A stretch of DNA of 60,647 bases from a virus. Lineage: Duplodnaviria; Caudoviricetes. Shown one piece after another: positions 19,757 to 29,937 of the stretch (positions within the stretch are counted from its first letter, which is position 1; every line of letters begins with the position of its first letter). The translations under genes and the position numbers were made by a program. The stretch lies in the IMG/VR virus record IMGVR_UViG_3300031825_000011, positions 1-60,647 of that record; one strand, 5' to 3'. The notes under the pieces were generated by a model that saw only the letters and a program-made list of their open reading frames with translations, was not told the origin of the DNA and made no database searches.

Positions 19757-20473
19757 ATGAAAGAGCTACCTACGGGCGTTCAGTCAGATCAGGCCAAAAA
19801 GCAAATTGATTGGGAACGTATAAGGGAAGATTACCGTGCTGGTTTTTTTTCAGTACGAGAGATTGCAGCAAAGCACAAGGTATCACATACCGCGATTAAC
19901 AAGAAAGCGAAAGAGCTTAAATGGGAACGCAACCTTAATGCAAAGATTAAGGCCAAGGCAGATGCTATTGTTGCTAAGACTTTAGTTTCCGATAATGTTT
20001 CCAATAAAAGCAAAGTTTCCAGATTGGAAATGGACGAACAAATCATAGAAGTAAACGCACAAGCATTAGCTTTAGTAAAAATGCGGCAGCGTGGTCTTTC
20101 AGCAAAATTCATGCGCGTGTTTGAATGCCTGCTAGATGAAATTGAATGTGTCACGGTTAATCAGCAGCCATTGCAACAGTTAGCGGAAACCGTATTTAGC
20201 AGTCCTGATGATAACAATACCGGCGGCGAAGAAGCGCAAACTTCATGGCAGGCCAAGCGAGTTGAAATGTTTAACCGTTCAATGGGGATGGCAGGCAGGA
20301 TTGATAGCTTTAAGAAACTAATGGATGCAGGTGATCGCGCCCTTGCCGCACAAGATCGAATATGGGGGATTGCCCAAGACGGCAATAAACCTAAAGCACC
20401 TAATCCAAATGAACATTCTTTTGACGGCACAGATAAAGAGTGGGATGAATTTCAGCACGCATTAAGACACTAG
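19757..20473 (+). CDS. terS: Terminase small subunit
   Basis: IDWERI..DYRAG..SVREIA.KH.VSHTAI.KKAK...W.R N-terminal HTH typical of TerS. Confidence 0.8.
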   Translation: MKELPTGVQSDQAKKQIDWERIREDYRAGFFSVREIAAKHKVSHTAINKKAKELKWERNLNAKIKAKADAIVAKTLVSDNVSNKSKVSRLEMDEQIIEVNAQALALVKMRQRGLSAKFMRVFECLLDEIECVTVNQQPLQQLAETVFSSPDDNNTGGEEAQTSWQAKRVEMFNRSMGMAGRIDSFKKLMDAGDRALAAQDRIWGIAQDGNKPKAPNPNEHSFDGTDKEWDEFQHALRH

Positions 20474-20490
20474 CTACACATTAATTACCA

Positions 20491-20513
20491 AGCCCCTTTC
20501 GAGGGGCTTTTTT
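20491..20513 (+). terminator. Intrinsic terminator after terS
   Basis: AGCCCCT-TTCG-AGGGGCT followed by a T run. Confidence 0.8.
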
Positions 20514-20533
20514 ATGCCCCGAAGGAATACATC

Positions 20534-20962
20534 ATGAGTAAAAGCAATACGCTCGAAAATTCAATGTTGTTACTGCTCTTTAATGCGACAACTTTTGCTG
20601 ACATTGCCGAGAATGATACTACGTCACCGGCAACAAATCTGTATGTGTCATTGCACACAGCAGACCCAGGTGAAGCCGGCACGCAAGCCACCAATGAAAT
20701 TGCCTACACCTCTTATGCGCGTGTGGCCGTAGCCCGATCAGGCGCAGGCTGGACAGTGACCGCGAATAGCGTATCACCGGCAGCAACGATTAGCTTCCCT
20801 GCAGGTACAGGCGGTTCAGGTACAGCAACGCATTGGGGTGTTGGTATCGGCGCATCTGGTGCAACTGTATTGCTGTATTCCGGCACAGTGACACCAAACA
20901 TTGTGTGCGGTAACGGCGTTACTCCACAACTTTCTACAGCCACAGCAATCACCGAAGATTAA
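20534..20962 (+). CDS. Virion structural protein (fibre/appendage-associated)
   Basis: LYVSLHTADPG...NE..Y..YARVAV motif, beta-rich T/A/G/S composition. Confidence 0.7.
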   Translation: MSKSNTLENSMLLLLFNATTFADIAENDTTSPATNLYVSLHTADPGEAGTQATNEIAYTSYARVAVARSGAGWTVTANSVSPAATISFPAGTGGSGTATHWGVGIGASGATVLLYSGTVTPNIVCGNGVTPQLSTATAITED

Positions 20963-21092
20963 TCAAATGCGTGATTTATTGGCTATTTTGGGTGGTGTAA
21001 TAGTATTGACCATCATATTTAAATCGCTTGTAGCGCGTTATATGAAGGCAAAAAGGCGCGTTGTCATCATTAAACGGCTAGGAAAGCTGTAA

Positions 21093-21798
21093 ATGACACT
21101 GATTGTTGCAGATCGCGTCAAGGAAACCAGTACGACTACCGGCACTGGTGCGCTGACATTAGCCGGTGCAGTGACAGGCTTTCGTGCCTTTTCTGCCGTA
21201 TGTACCACAAATGATACGTGTTACTACGCGATTCAGGCGGTAGATGGTAGCGGCGCACCGACTGGCGATTGGGAAGTCGGTCTTGGCACTTATTCAGCAT
21301 CCAATACTTTAACCCGTACTGCAGTTCTAGCTTCAAGTAATGCCGGTGCTGCCGTGAGTTTAGCGGCTGGCACGAAGCAAGTATGGCTGGATTTAGCGGC
21401 CTCACAGGTAAAAGCCATCGCTTCTACTGACTATTCCGCACATTTTCTTTTAATGGGGGCTTGATATGACCACCAATACACTTAAAGTCTTGGGGCAATC
21501 TAACCCATCTGCTATTACAGCCACAACACTGTATACCGTACCAGCTTCAACCTCTGCCGTTTTGAGTACCTTGAACGTATGCAATCAGGCTGCATCTGCT
21601 GGTTCATTCAGGATTGCGGTGCGTCCTGCCGGTGCTGTATTAGCAGCGCAACATTATCTTGCTTATGATGTGGTGTTGGCTGCAAATGATTCTATTGCTT
21701 TGACATTAGGTATTACTTTGGCGACAACAGACGTAGTGACTGTTTATGCTAGTTCTGCATCTATGTCATTTAGTGCATTTGGTACGGAAATCACATAA
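21093..21798 (+). other. Two small fibre-associated proteins (21093-21464, 21466-21798)
   Basis: ADRVKETSTTTGTG...WEVG.GT fibre N-terminal motif; TTLYTVP...F..FG.E beta-sandwich motif. Confidence 0.65.
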
Positions 21799-22556
21799 TG
21801 TCAACGCTGTTTTATAGTGATAACACTTACTCCAATAAAATATATCGCGTAAATTCTGACCCGCATTTTTCAAGAGTGTCGTTACTTTTACATTGTGATG
21901 GCACTAACGGAAGCACTACCTTTATAGATTCTAGTTCATCACCAAAAACACTAACTGCTAATGGTAATGCCAATATCAGCACCGCGAAAAGTAAATTTGG
22001 CGGATCTTCTGGCTTATTCGATGGCACAGGTGACTATTTGTCATCATCATATGACGCAGGTTATGACTTGATTGGGTCTGACTTTACAATCGAGGGCTTT
22101 GTATATCCATCTACACTTAGAACCTCTGGTACAAGACTTATATCTACAGGCGGTGGGGCTTTGGCCTGGAACTCAACTAATGGCATTCACGTGTTGTTGC
22201 AGTGCAATGGAACAAGTAATGCATTAGCATTGCAATTATCAAATGGAACTGGATCGCCCATAACTTTTAATTCTAGTGCATTAGCTTTAACAAATAATAG
22301 TTGGCAACACATATCCGCTTGTGTATCTGGCAGCACCGCATATCTAAGTCTAAATGGTGTTGTTGAATCAGCATCCGTTGCTGCCACATCAAGGCCATCG
22401 ACAAACCCCGTATTGAATATTGCAACAATACCAGGGGAAGCTGGTGGCAACACTGTGGCATTTCAAGGTTATATGGATGAAATTAGGATAACTAAAGGCA
22501 CAGCAAGATATACAGCTAATTTTACGCCACCAATAAAATCTTTCCCAAATAGATAG
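21798..22556 (+). CDS. LamG/concanavalin-A-like lectin domain protein (receptor-binding candidate)
   Basis: VSLLLH.DG.NGST.F.DSS, DFTIE, WQHI and GYMDEIRITKG.ARYT.NF.PP motifs. Confidence 0.85.
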   Translation: MSTLFYSDNTYSNKIYRVNSDPHFSRVSLLLHCDGTNGSTTFIDSSSSPKTLTANGNANISTAKSKFGGSSGLFDGTGDYLSSSYDAGYDLIGSDFTIEGFVYPSTLRTSGTRLISTGGGALAWNSTNGIHVLLQCNGTSNALALQLSNGTGSPITFNSSALALTNNSWQHISACVSGSTAYLSLNGVVESASVAATSRPSTNPVLNIATIPGEAGGNTVAFQGYMDEIRITKGTARYTANFTPPIKSFPNR

Positions 22557-22562
22557 CTAGTC

Positions 22563-23867
22563 ATGGCACTCGGATTTTCCCCACTATCCGGTTCGGCATT
22601 AGCTGACTTAGCCGTTGTTGCTGGTTCTGGTGTTGCCACCGGAGTAGGCGCAAGTAGTGGCGTTGCAACTGCCAGTGCAGTAGGTCAATCTAATGTTATT
22701 ACAGCAGGAACAAGTACAGGCACTTCAACTGTCAGTGCGGTAGGCATCAGTTTATTTACTGGCGTAGGTTCTGCCAGTGGCACATCAACAGTGAGTGGTG
22801 TTGCCGGTACAGCAGCAAGTGTTGGTGCATCAGCAGGAACGTCAACAGTTAGCGGTGTCGGTGTTGCATTATTCACCGGCGTTGGCTCTAGTGCTGGCGT
22901 AGCAACGGCTGGTGCGACAGGGCAGGCAAATTCAATAGCAGACGGGGCGGTTAGTGCTACCAGTACCACAAATGCAACAGGCCAAGCCACCGCAGTTAGC
23001 ACAGCAAGCAGTAACGGACAATCAACAGTCAATGCCACAGGGCAATCGTCAGCAATCAGTGATGGGGCGGTAAGTGCAACCAGCACAGCGAATGCAGTCG
23101 GCACGGCATTAACGCAAGGCACAGGCGCGGCAACCGGACTAGCGACTAGTGCCGCAATAGGTAATGCGCTATTCAATGCGACAGGTTCTTCTAGTGGCAC
23201 AGCCAGTGTCAGCGCAACAGGACTATCTAATAGCCTGGCAATAGGTGCGACAACTGGCCTTAGTACCGTAGCGGCAACCGGCAGTGCAATTATTACCAGT
23301 GTCGGCAGTGCGACAGGCGTATCAACCGCAAATGCAACCGGCAAGAGCGATGCAATTAGCGCCGGTAATGCTTCCGGCATTGCTGATGTAAGTGCAACCG
23401 GAACAGCGGTTAAGATTTCAGTAGGTGTGAGTGTAGGAGTATCAACCGCACAAAGTGCCGGTGCGGCCTTATTTAAGGCCAAAGGCACAGCGCAAGGTAC
23501 TTGTAACGTAGTTTCTGGATCACTTGGCATTATTACCGCAGTCGGTGAATGTTCTGGTATTGCCGATGCGTATGCTTACGGTCAAGCAGTCGCAGAAGCA
23601 ATCGCGCAGGCACAAGGCACAAGTACAGCAATCGCCGGTGGTTATAGTCCACAAGCGCCGATTGAAATGCTGCTTGGTAAGGTTTTACTCAAGGCAGCGA
23701 TTGGTTATCAAGCAGTAGATACATGGCCTGCATTGGATAAAACCGAGGTTTATTTACATAACAGCGTAGGCTTTGATGAATTTACGACTAAGCCAACCGT
23801 TCAAGGACAACCGAGCATCAATGCCGCATTGAGGTCACGCTCACCAACAACAAGGAAAGCATCATGA
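22563..23867 (+). CDS. Ala/Gly/Ser/Thr-rich repeat fibre-like protein
   Basis: MALGF.P.S...LA start; many ~20-aa G.S.G.ST..A.G repeats. Confidence 0.75.
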   Translation: MALGFSPLSGSALADLAVVAGSGVATGVGASSGVATASAVGQSNVITAGTSTGTSTVSAVGISLFTGVGSASGTSTVSGVAGTAASVGASAGTSTVSGVGVALFTGVGSSAGVATAGATGQANSIADGAVSATSTTNATGQATAVSTASSNGQSTVNATGQSSAISDGAVSATSTANAVGTALTQGTGAATGLATSAAIGNALFNATGSSSGTASVSATGLSNSLAIGATTGLSTVAATGSAIITSVGSATGVSTANATGKSDAISAGNASGIADVSATGTAVKISVGVSVGVSTAQSAGAALFKAKGTAQGTCNVVSGSLGIITAVGECSGIADAYAYGQAVAEAIAQAQGTSTAIAGGYSPQAPIEMLLGKVLLKAAIGYQAVDTWPALDKTEVYLHNSVGFDEFTTKPTVQGQPSINAALRSRSPTTRKAS

Positions 23868-24187
23868 GTGAGGTCGCAGTTTTATACAAAGGCAATGATA
23901 TGGTGCTGGAATTGTCAGACCTGACCAATGAAACTACCGGCGCAGCTATTAATGATGCCACCGTGACTGTGACCTTGGTTGATGCTGACGGCACAAGTGT
24001 TGTCGGTGATGTATGGCCTAAGACCATGACCTATGTGACCAGTAGCAGCGGTTTATATCGTGCAACCCTGCTGGACACCATGACCTTGACTGAGAATGCC
24101 AAGTATAAGGCCAAGATCAGTGCTAATGCCGGTGACGGGAAGCAGGGGTATTGGGAAAAAGACCTGATATGCAAGATTCGCAAATAG
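23864..24187 (+). CDS. Small beta-rich structural protein
   Basis: ATGA overlap with the upstream gene; Ig-like alternating pattern. Confidence 0.6.
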   Translation: MSEVAVLYKGNDMVLELSDLTNETTGAAINDATVTVTLVDADGTSVVGDVWPKTMTYVTSSSGLYRATLLDTMTLTENAKYKAKISANAGDGKQGYWEKDLICKIRK

Positions 24188-25800
24188 GGCTTGATGAAAA
24201 ATACAGGCAAGCGATTCATGCACTACCGCTGGACAAGTTAAACAACGCTTACAAGTGGATTGAAGGCAAGTATGGCATTGCTGGCAGACGTTGGCTATGT
24301 GCCAATGACCGCTTTTATCTGCTTTGTAAGGTATTGCACCGCAAGGACGCATGGAAACCATGGTTATTGTTGCGCTGCCGCGAGGTGGAAGCAGACCCAG
24401 ATGGTTACTTGGATTTATGGGCGCGTGAGCATTACAAGTCAACGATTATCACGTTTGCAGGCATTATTCAGGAAATCATACTGAATAAAGAGATCACGAT
24501 AGGATTATTCAGTCATACACGGCGCATTTCGATCAAGTTTCTGCGCCAAGTCAAGATTGAACTGGAAGGCAATCAGGATTTAAAAAGCCTGTTTTCTGAC
24601 ATATTCTGGCAGAACCCAAAAGGTGAGGCGCCAAGATGGTCAGATGACACCGGATTAGTGGTAAAGCGTGACACCAACCCGAAGGAAGCGACACTGGAAG
24701 CATGGGGCTTGGTTGATGGTCAGCCTACATCAGCGCACTTTATGCTACGGGTTTACGATGACGTGGTGACACGCGAATCAGTGACGACACCGGAACAGGT
24801 ATTCAAGACCACCGAAGCATGGGAATTATCAGATAACTTGGGTGCGGCACAAGAGGATGGAAGCCCAGGCCGTTCATGGCATATCGGCACACGTTACAGC
24901 TTTGGTGACACCTATCAGTCGATATTAGACCGGAAGGCATTGATACCAAGGATTTATCCGGCAACCAAAGACGGTACGCCGGACGGTGAACCGGTATTTC
25001 TGACACCGAAAGCGTGGGCAGAGAAGAAGCTGAAACAGGGTATTGCGACCATTTCAACGCAAATGCTGCAGAACCCGTTAGCCGGTGATCAGGCGATGTT
25101 CAGGAAAGATTACCTGTTCTTTGTCGAGGTCAGACCGAAAACGCTCAATATATACATTATGGTTGACCCTGCTTCGAGTAAGAAGAAAAGCAGTGACAGC
25201 ACAGCGATTGCCGTGATTGGTGTTGATGCGCAGGGGAATAAGTACCTGCTGGACGGTTATCACCACAAAATGAGTTTAGCGGAAAGATGGGTAGCAATTC
25301 GTACCTTACGCCGCTACTGGATGGCACAAAAAGGCGTGCAGGGCGTATTCGTAGGCTATGAACGCTACGGTATGCGCAGTGACCTAGAACATTTTGAAAG
25401 CCAGATGGAACGTGACCAAGACGCTTTCACCATTAAAGAATTAGCCTGGACGAGTGACGGCAACAATTCCAAGTTTGACCGCATTCAGCGCTTAGAACCT
25501 GACTTTAGAAATGGTCGCTTCTTCCTGATTGCGCAGACAAAAGAACTGACGGCAACACAAGCCAAGTTCAAGAAGGAAGGCAATAGCCACCTGATACTGC
25601 AACCAATCAGACGTTGTGACCATACCGGCAAGGTATATAACCTGACTTTGAATTTTGTTACACAATTCTTAGCTTATCCGTTTGTGTTGCATGATGACCT
25701 TATTGACTGCGTAAGCAGGATTTACGATATGGAAGCCAGAGCGCCGATATTGATTGATGACAAGTTGCTTGAGCCGGAAACTTATGCGGATGGTATGTAA
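24169..25800 (+). CDS. terL: Terminase large subunit
   Basis: Variant Walker A (AREHYKST), Walker B (VYDDVV), IGTRY coupling motif, nuclease MVDPA...D.TA and HDDLIDC. Confidence 0.92.
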   Translation: MQDSQIGLDEKYRQAIHALPLDKLNNAYKWIEGKYGIAGRRWLCANDRFYLLCKVLHRKDAWKPWLLLRCREVEADPDGYLDLWAREHYKSTIITFAGIIQEIILNKEITIGLFSHTRRISIKFLRQVKIELEGNQDLKSLFSDIFWQNPKGEAPRWSDDTGLVVKRDTNPKEATLEAWGLVDGQPTSAHFMLRVYDDVVTRESVTTPEQVFKTTEAWELSDNLGAAQEDGSPGRSWHIGTRYSFGDTYQSILDRKALIPRIYPATKDGTPDGEPVFLTPKAWAEKKLKQGIATISTQMLQNPLAGDQAMFRKDYLFFVEVRPKTLNIYIMVDPASSKKKSSDSTAIAVIGVDAQGNKYLLDGYHHKMSLAERWVAIRTLRRYWMAQKGVQGVFVGYERYGMRSDLEHFESQMERDQDAFTIKELAWTSDGNNSKFDRIQRLEPDFRNGRFFLIAQTKELTATQAKFKKEGNSHLILQPIRRCDHTGKVYNLTLNFVTQFLAYPFVLHDDLIDCVSRIYDMEARAPILIDDKLLEPETYADGM

Positions 25801-25942
25801 GTTTATAAGTATGGGTGATTTGTAAGATAACAGTAGCGTGGACGACCTACCTCACCATTGCAATGGCAACGAGGATAAATAGATGCGGACGCTACTCGGA
25901 TGTAGCAGAGAGTGCGCGCGAAGGCGCAGCCCAATTATTCCA

Positions 25943-25969
25943 AGCCCACCTAAGACGTGGGCTTTTTTT
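25943..25969 (+). terminator. Intrinsic terminator after terL
   Basis: AGCCCAC-CTAAGAC-GTGGGCT followed by a T run. Confidence 0.75.
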
Positions 25970-25987
25970 ATGCCCGAAGGAAACGTA

Positions 25988-27047
25988 ATGTACATTCAAA
26001 CAGTACCAGCAAACTCACCAGTATTGCCTTGGGTGACACACGGCAATCGCATTATGCAGGCTGATCCGATTCGCAAAGAAGTATGTGAGCGTGATGCAGC
26101 AAAGTTCTGTCCTAAAGGCATGGAATATGGAATGCGTGAATCTGATGCTTGGATTGAATGGTATGCGCCATTGAATGAGCCAAAGGAGTAAGTGATGCCA
26201 CAAGCACCCGTACACCGCACCCGTTTATGGAGTGCCGAAGTGAAGCAGGCTGACCCGACACCGGAAGTCAAGATTGACTATGTATTTGGCAATGGTCGAG
26301 TGTTCTTTGAGCCTGGCACTCGCCGTCAACCTTCACAACAGCCGATCAATGCCCCTATCAACGAATGATGACTACGAGGCTTTGCCGGAGTGCATTCGCC
26401 AGTATTACAGCAGACAAGAATATTTATGGTTAAGCGACCAGCAGAAGCAAGACCTGCTACGTGCTGAAACCGAGCCGGACGAGGAATAACGCATGAAAAA
26501 TACGCTACAAATAGCATTGGTGTTTGTTGGAGTGATCCTGCTAGGAATTGCAGTTACTTACATATTTAGGATGGCGGCTAGTGTATCTACACCAATAAAT
26601 CTGCATAGCCCAAAAGCAGGGGTGACTTGTGCCTATATTACTACAGCAGATGGCGCGGCTATTAGTTGCTGGAAAGATTAACGCATGAGCAACATCATTT
26701 TAAGCACCGATATGACCGCAGCAGACAAGGCGCTGCAGATTAAGCGTGAAAACGAGGTGGCTAAGAACGTTGCCGAGTATCTACAAATCATTTACCCAGA
26801 TCATCAATGGGCGTGCAACTGCGACCTGCATGGCGGCGTGGTGCATATCTACAACCTGAATCTATCCGGCAAATGGGGCTTTCTGATGAAGGTGAAAGAC
26901 GTGGTGGAAGATGGCTGGAAAAAGAAAATCATGCAGGCCGGTGGTGAATTGCTTGAACGTTACCGCATGAAGCGCGGCAGCTTTAATCAAGCACAGTATG
27001 AAGCATTGAACGTGGACAAATTTGGCAATCATATCGCGGATAAATAA
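25988..27047 (+). other. Small hypothetical genes between terL and portal (25988-26191, an ORF ending 26489, 26493-26681, 26685-27047)
   Basis: Co-oriented ORFs, some with RBSs. Confidence 0.6.
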
Positions 27048-27049
27048 AA

Positions 27050-29581
27050 ATGGCTGAACAAGAGATTAAACAGGATATATGGCTGAAACGCGCTAGGGAT
27101 GCCTATGACGGTTCAACTAGCTACTTTGACAGCAATATCCGCAGTCAGGTCGAGGCCAACTTGCGCCAAGTGCAAGGCAAGCATCCTGCTAACTCAAAAT
27201 ACCATTCTGATTCGTATAAAGGCCGCAGTAAGCTATTTCGTCCTAAAACACGGACGATGGTGCGCAAAAATGAAGCGATTGCCGCTGCCGCATTCTTTTC
27301 CAATGAGGACGTGGTGTCTATCACCGCAGAGAATGACGCTGACCCGAAACACTTAGCCAGTTCAGAGATTATTGCGGAACTGGTGCAGTATCGTTTAACC
27401 AAGACAATTCCGTGGTTTCAGATTGTCATTGGTGCATATCAGGACGCGATGACTTCCGGCGTGGTGATTTCACACCAATACTGGAAATATGATGCAAAGC
27501 GCGGTATCGACCAGCCATGTGTTGAACTAATCCCGATTGAAAACTTCCGCTTTGACCCTGCCGCTGATTGGACAGACCCCATCAATACTAGCCCGTATCT
27601 GGTGTGGATGATTCCAATGTACTACAAAGACGTAAAAGCACGCATGACGACACTGGACGAAAAGACCGGTGCGCCTAAATGGAAGCCATTGACTGATGGC
27701 GAGATCATGGCAGGCAGCAAGCAGAATAATGACAGCATCAGACAGACGCGCCAGGGTAGTAACCGCACTGATCCGACTGACAACAACACCGATGTAAGCG
27801 AATACAAGATTGTCTGGGTGCATTGCAATGTGATCGAGGACGATGGCATTGACCATATCTACTACACATTAGGCACAGAACACGTACTAAGCAAGCCAGT
27901 ACCATTATCCGAGCAGTATTGGCACGGCAAGCGCCCGTTTGCATTGGGTAGCGCCCTGATTGAAGCACATAAGGCTTATGTCAGCGCGCCGGTGGAATTG
28001 GTGCATGATTTACAGGTGGAAATCAACGAGATTGCCAACCAGCGTATTGATAACGTCAAGTTTGCGATGAATAAACGTTACTTTGCCAAACGCAATGCGC
28101 AGGTCGATATTCGTAGTTTGACCAGAAATGTACCGTCATCCGTCACTTTGATGAATGATATTGACGATGTGAAGGTTTTAGACACGCCGGACGTGACAAG
28201 TTCTAGCTATCAGGAACAGGATAGATTAAACCTAGACTTTGATGACTTAGCCGGTGCATTCAATGGTTCAAGCGTGCAGTCTAACCGCAAACTGAATGAA
28301 ACCGTGGGCGGTATGACGCTATTAAGCGAGAGCGCCAACGAGATCAGCGAGTATCAACTGCGTACCTTCGTAGAAACATGGGCAGAAAAGGTCATTACAC
28401 AGATAGTCATGCTCGAACAGCAGTATGAAACTGACCAGACTATCCTAATTTTTGCCGGTACGAAGGCAAAACTGTACACAAAATATGGCATTTCTGACAT
28501 TACCGATGAATTACTAATGCGCAATATGCTGGTGCGCGTCAACGTGGGCGTTGGTTCTACAAATCCGCAGGCACAGTTTGAGCGCTTTACGATGGGTATG
28601 CGTACCCTGGCTGAAATTGATGCTTCTAGTGTTGGCAGAAAAATCAATGTTGAAGAAGTCACCAAGGAAATCTTTGGCAAATTGGGCTACAAGGACGGTC
28701 AACGCTTCTTTAATGATGCTGATGGCGATCCTCGCGTGGCAGAACTTGAACAGAAATTGCAGGAATTACAGGCCGCACTTGATGCGAAACTTGATCCGGC
28801 AGTGCGTGATGCAACCGTGGCGAAATTACTGGCAGAAGCCGACTATATCAAGTCACAGAAAGTCAGCAAGAACGTGGAAACACAGTTCAGCGCCATGCAG
28901 ACCGGTCAGATTGTGGCAGCAACACCAGCCGTAGCACCGGTAGCTGATGAAGTATTGAAAGGCGCAGGCTGGACACCGATTGCCGGTGACGGCGTACAGG
29001 CCACAGACGTACCGGCAACTGCAATGGGTACGCCGATGCCGGATATTAACCAGAACACTTCACCATTACAGCCAGCCGTACCGACTAGCCCGATGACCGG
29101 CATTGAAACAGCAGAAGCCGATGGGGTGCAGACACTAAAAGGCGGCGGCGTGGTAGAGGGCGCAAGCCCAACCACTACCGCAGACAATATACCGGTAATG
29201 GCAACTGCAGATGAAGGCGTGCTGAACGTAGAAGCTATGGCCTTACTTGGTGAAGATACGCTGAATAAACTGAATGAACTTGGCTTGATGCTTAGACAGA
29301 TGCAAGGCGGTGAAGAAGCGCAGGAAGTAGAAGGCGTACAGCAATTTGCAGACGGCGGCATTGTGCAAGGTCTTAAAGATGGCCTGCATGAACTGATGAC
29401 CGGTGCGAAAGCGCGTGCGGCAGAACAAGAGCGTCAACAACGTGAAGCAGCACAGCCAAAACAACCTAAAAAGACCTTTCAGCAGAAAGTTCAGGAAGCG
29501 GTATCAACACCGGCAACCAATGCTTTACATGAAGCCCTGACCCCACCGCCTGATACTTCAATGGAAACCAAACGCAAATGA
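27050..29581 (+). CDS. Portal protein (podovirus type) with C-terminal extension
   Basis: Size, position after terL, FDP.A, Q.EIN...NQR.DN and ETVGGM..L motifs. Confidence 0.88.
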   Translation: MAEQEIKQDIWLKRARDAYDGSTSYFDSNIRSQVEANLRQVQGKHPANSKYHSDSYKGRSKLFRPKTRTMVRKNEAIAAAAFFSNEDVVSITAENDADPKHLASSEIIAELVQYRLTKTIPWFQIVIGAYQDAMTSGVVISHQYWKYDAKRGIDQPCVELIPIENFRFDPAADWTDPINTSPYLVWMIPMYYKDVKARMTTLDEKTGAPKWKPLTDGEIMAGSKQNNDSIRQTRQGSNRTDPTDNNTDVSEYKIVWVHCNVIEDDGIDHIYYTLGTEHVLSKPVPLSEQYWHGKRPFALGSALIEAHKAYVSAPVELVHDLQVEINEIANQRIDNVKFAMNKRYFAKRNAQVDIRSLTRNVPSSVTLMNDIDDVKVLDTPDVTSSSYQEQDRLNLDFDDLAGAFNGSSVQSNRKLNETVGGMTLLSESANEISEYQLRTFVETWAEKVITQIVMLEQQYETDQTILIFAGTKAKLYTKYGISDITDELLMRNMLVRVNVGVGSTNPQAQFERFTMGMRTLAEIDASSVGRKINVEEVTKEIFGKLGYKDGQRFFNDADGDPRVAELEQKLQELQAALDAKLDPAVRDATVAKLLAEADYIKSQKVSKNVETQFSAMQTGQIVAATPAVAPVADEVLKGAGWTPIAGDGVQATDVPATAMGTPMPDINQNTSPLQPAVPTSPMTGIETAEADGVQTLKGGGVVEGASPTTTADNIPVMATADEGVLNVEAMALLGEDTLNKLNELGLMLRQMQGGEEAQEVEGVQQFADGGIVQGLKDGLHELMTGAKARAAEQERQQREAAQPKQPKKTFQQKVQEAVSTPATNALHEALTPPPDTSMETKRK

Positions 29582-29871
29582 GCCAGAACCAACAGGAACT
29601 AAACGAGATTCAAAAGAAAATCGCTTTGGGCTTTGATGTAGAAGCCTTCTTTAATTCTGACTTGGGCAAATACCTATTAGGGCGTGCTGCCGCTGATGCG
29701 ATTCAGGCCATTGACGAACTGAAAGGCATAGACCCGACACAGACCGAGCGTATCAGAACCTTGCAAGGCATTATTGCCCGTTCAGAAAACTTTGAATTAT
29801 GGCTGCAGGAAGCCTTGATTGTAGGCCAATCCAGTGAAGAACAATTAGACCAAATGAGCAGAAACGAATAA
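29578..29871 (+). CDS. Small head-module protein
   Basis: F.SD.G.YL motif; ATGA overlap with portal. Confidence 0.65.
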   Translation: MSQNQQELNEIQKKIALGFDVEAFFNSDLGKYLLGRAAADAIQAIDELKGIDPTQTERIRTLQGIIARSENFELWLQEALIVGQSSEEQLDQMSRNE

Positions 29872-29937
29872 ACGCAGCATTCAGCTACGTTGCAACCAAG
29901 CCACCTTAACCGGTGGCTTTTTTTATGGAGTAAAGCA

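Noticed and set aside
21798-22556. Diversity-generating retroelement target
   Set aside because: No reverse transcriptase gene or template/variable repeat pair seen in the window
22685-23530. 281-aa antisense ORF over the repeat fibre gene
   Set aside because: Mirror of GCN/ACN/GGN codon bias; low complexity, no recognisable motifs, unlike the antisense HNH
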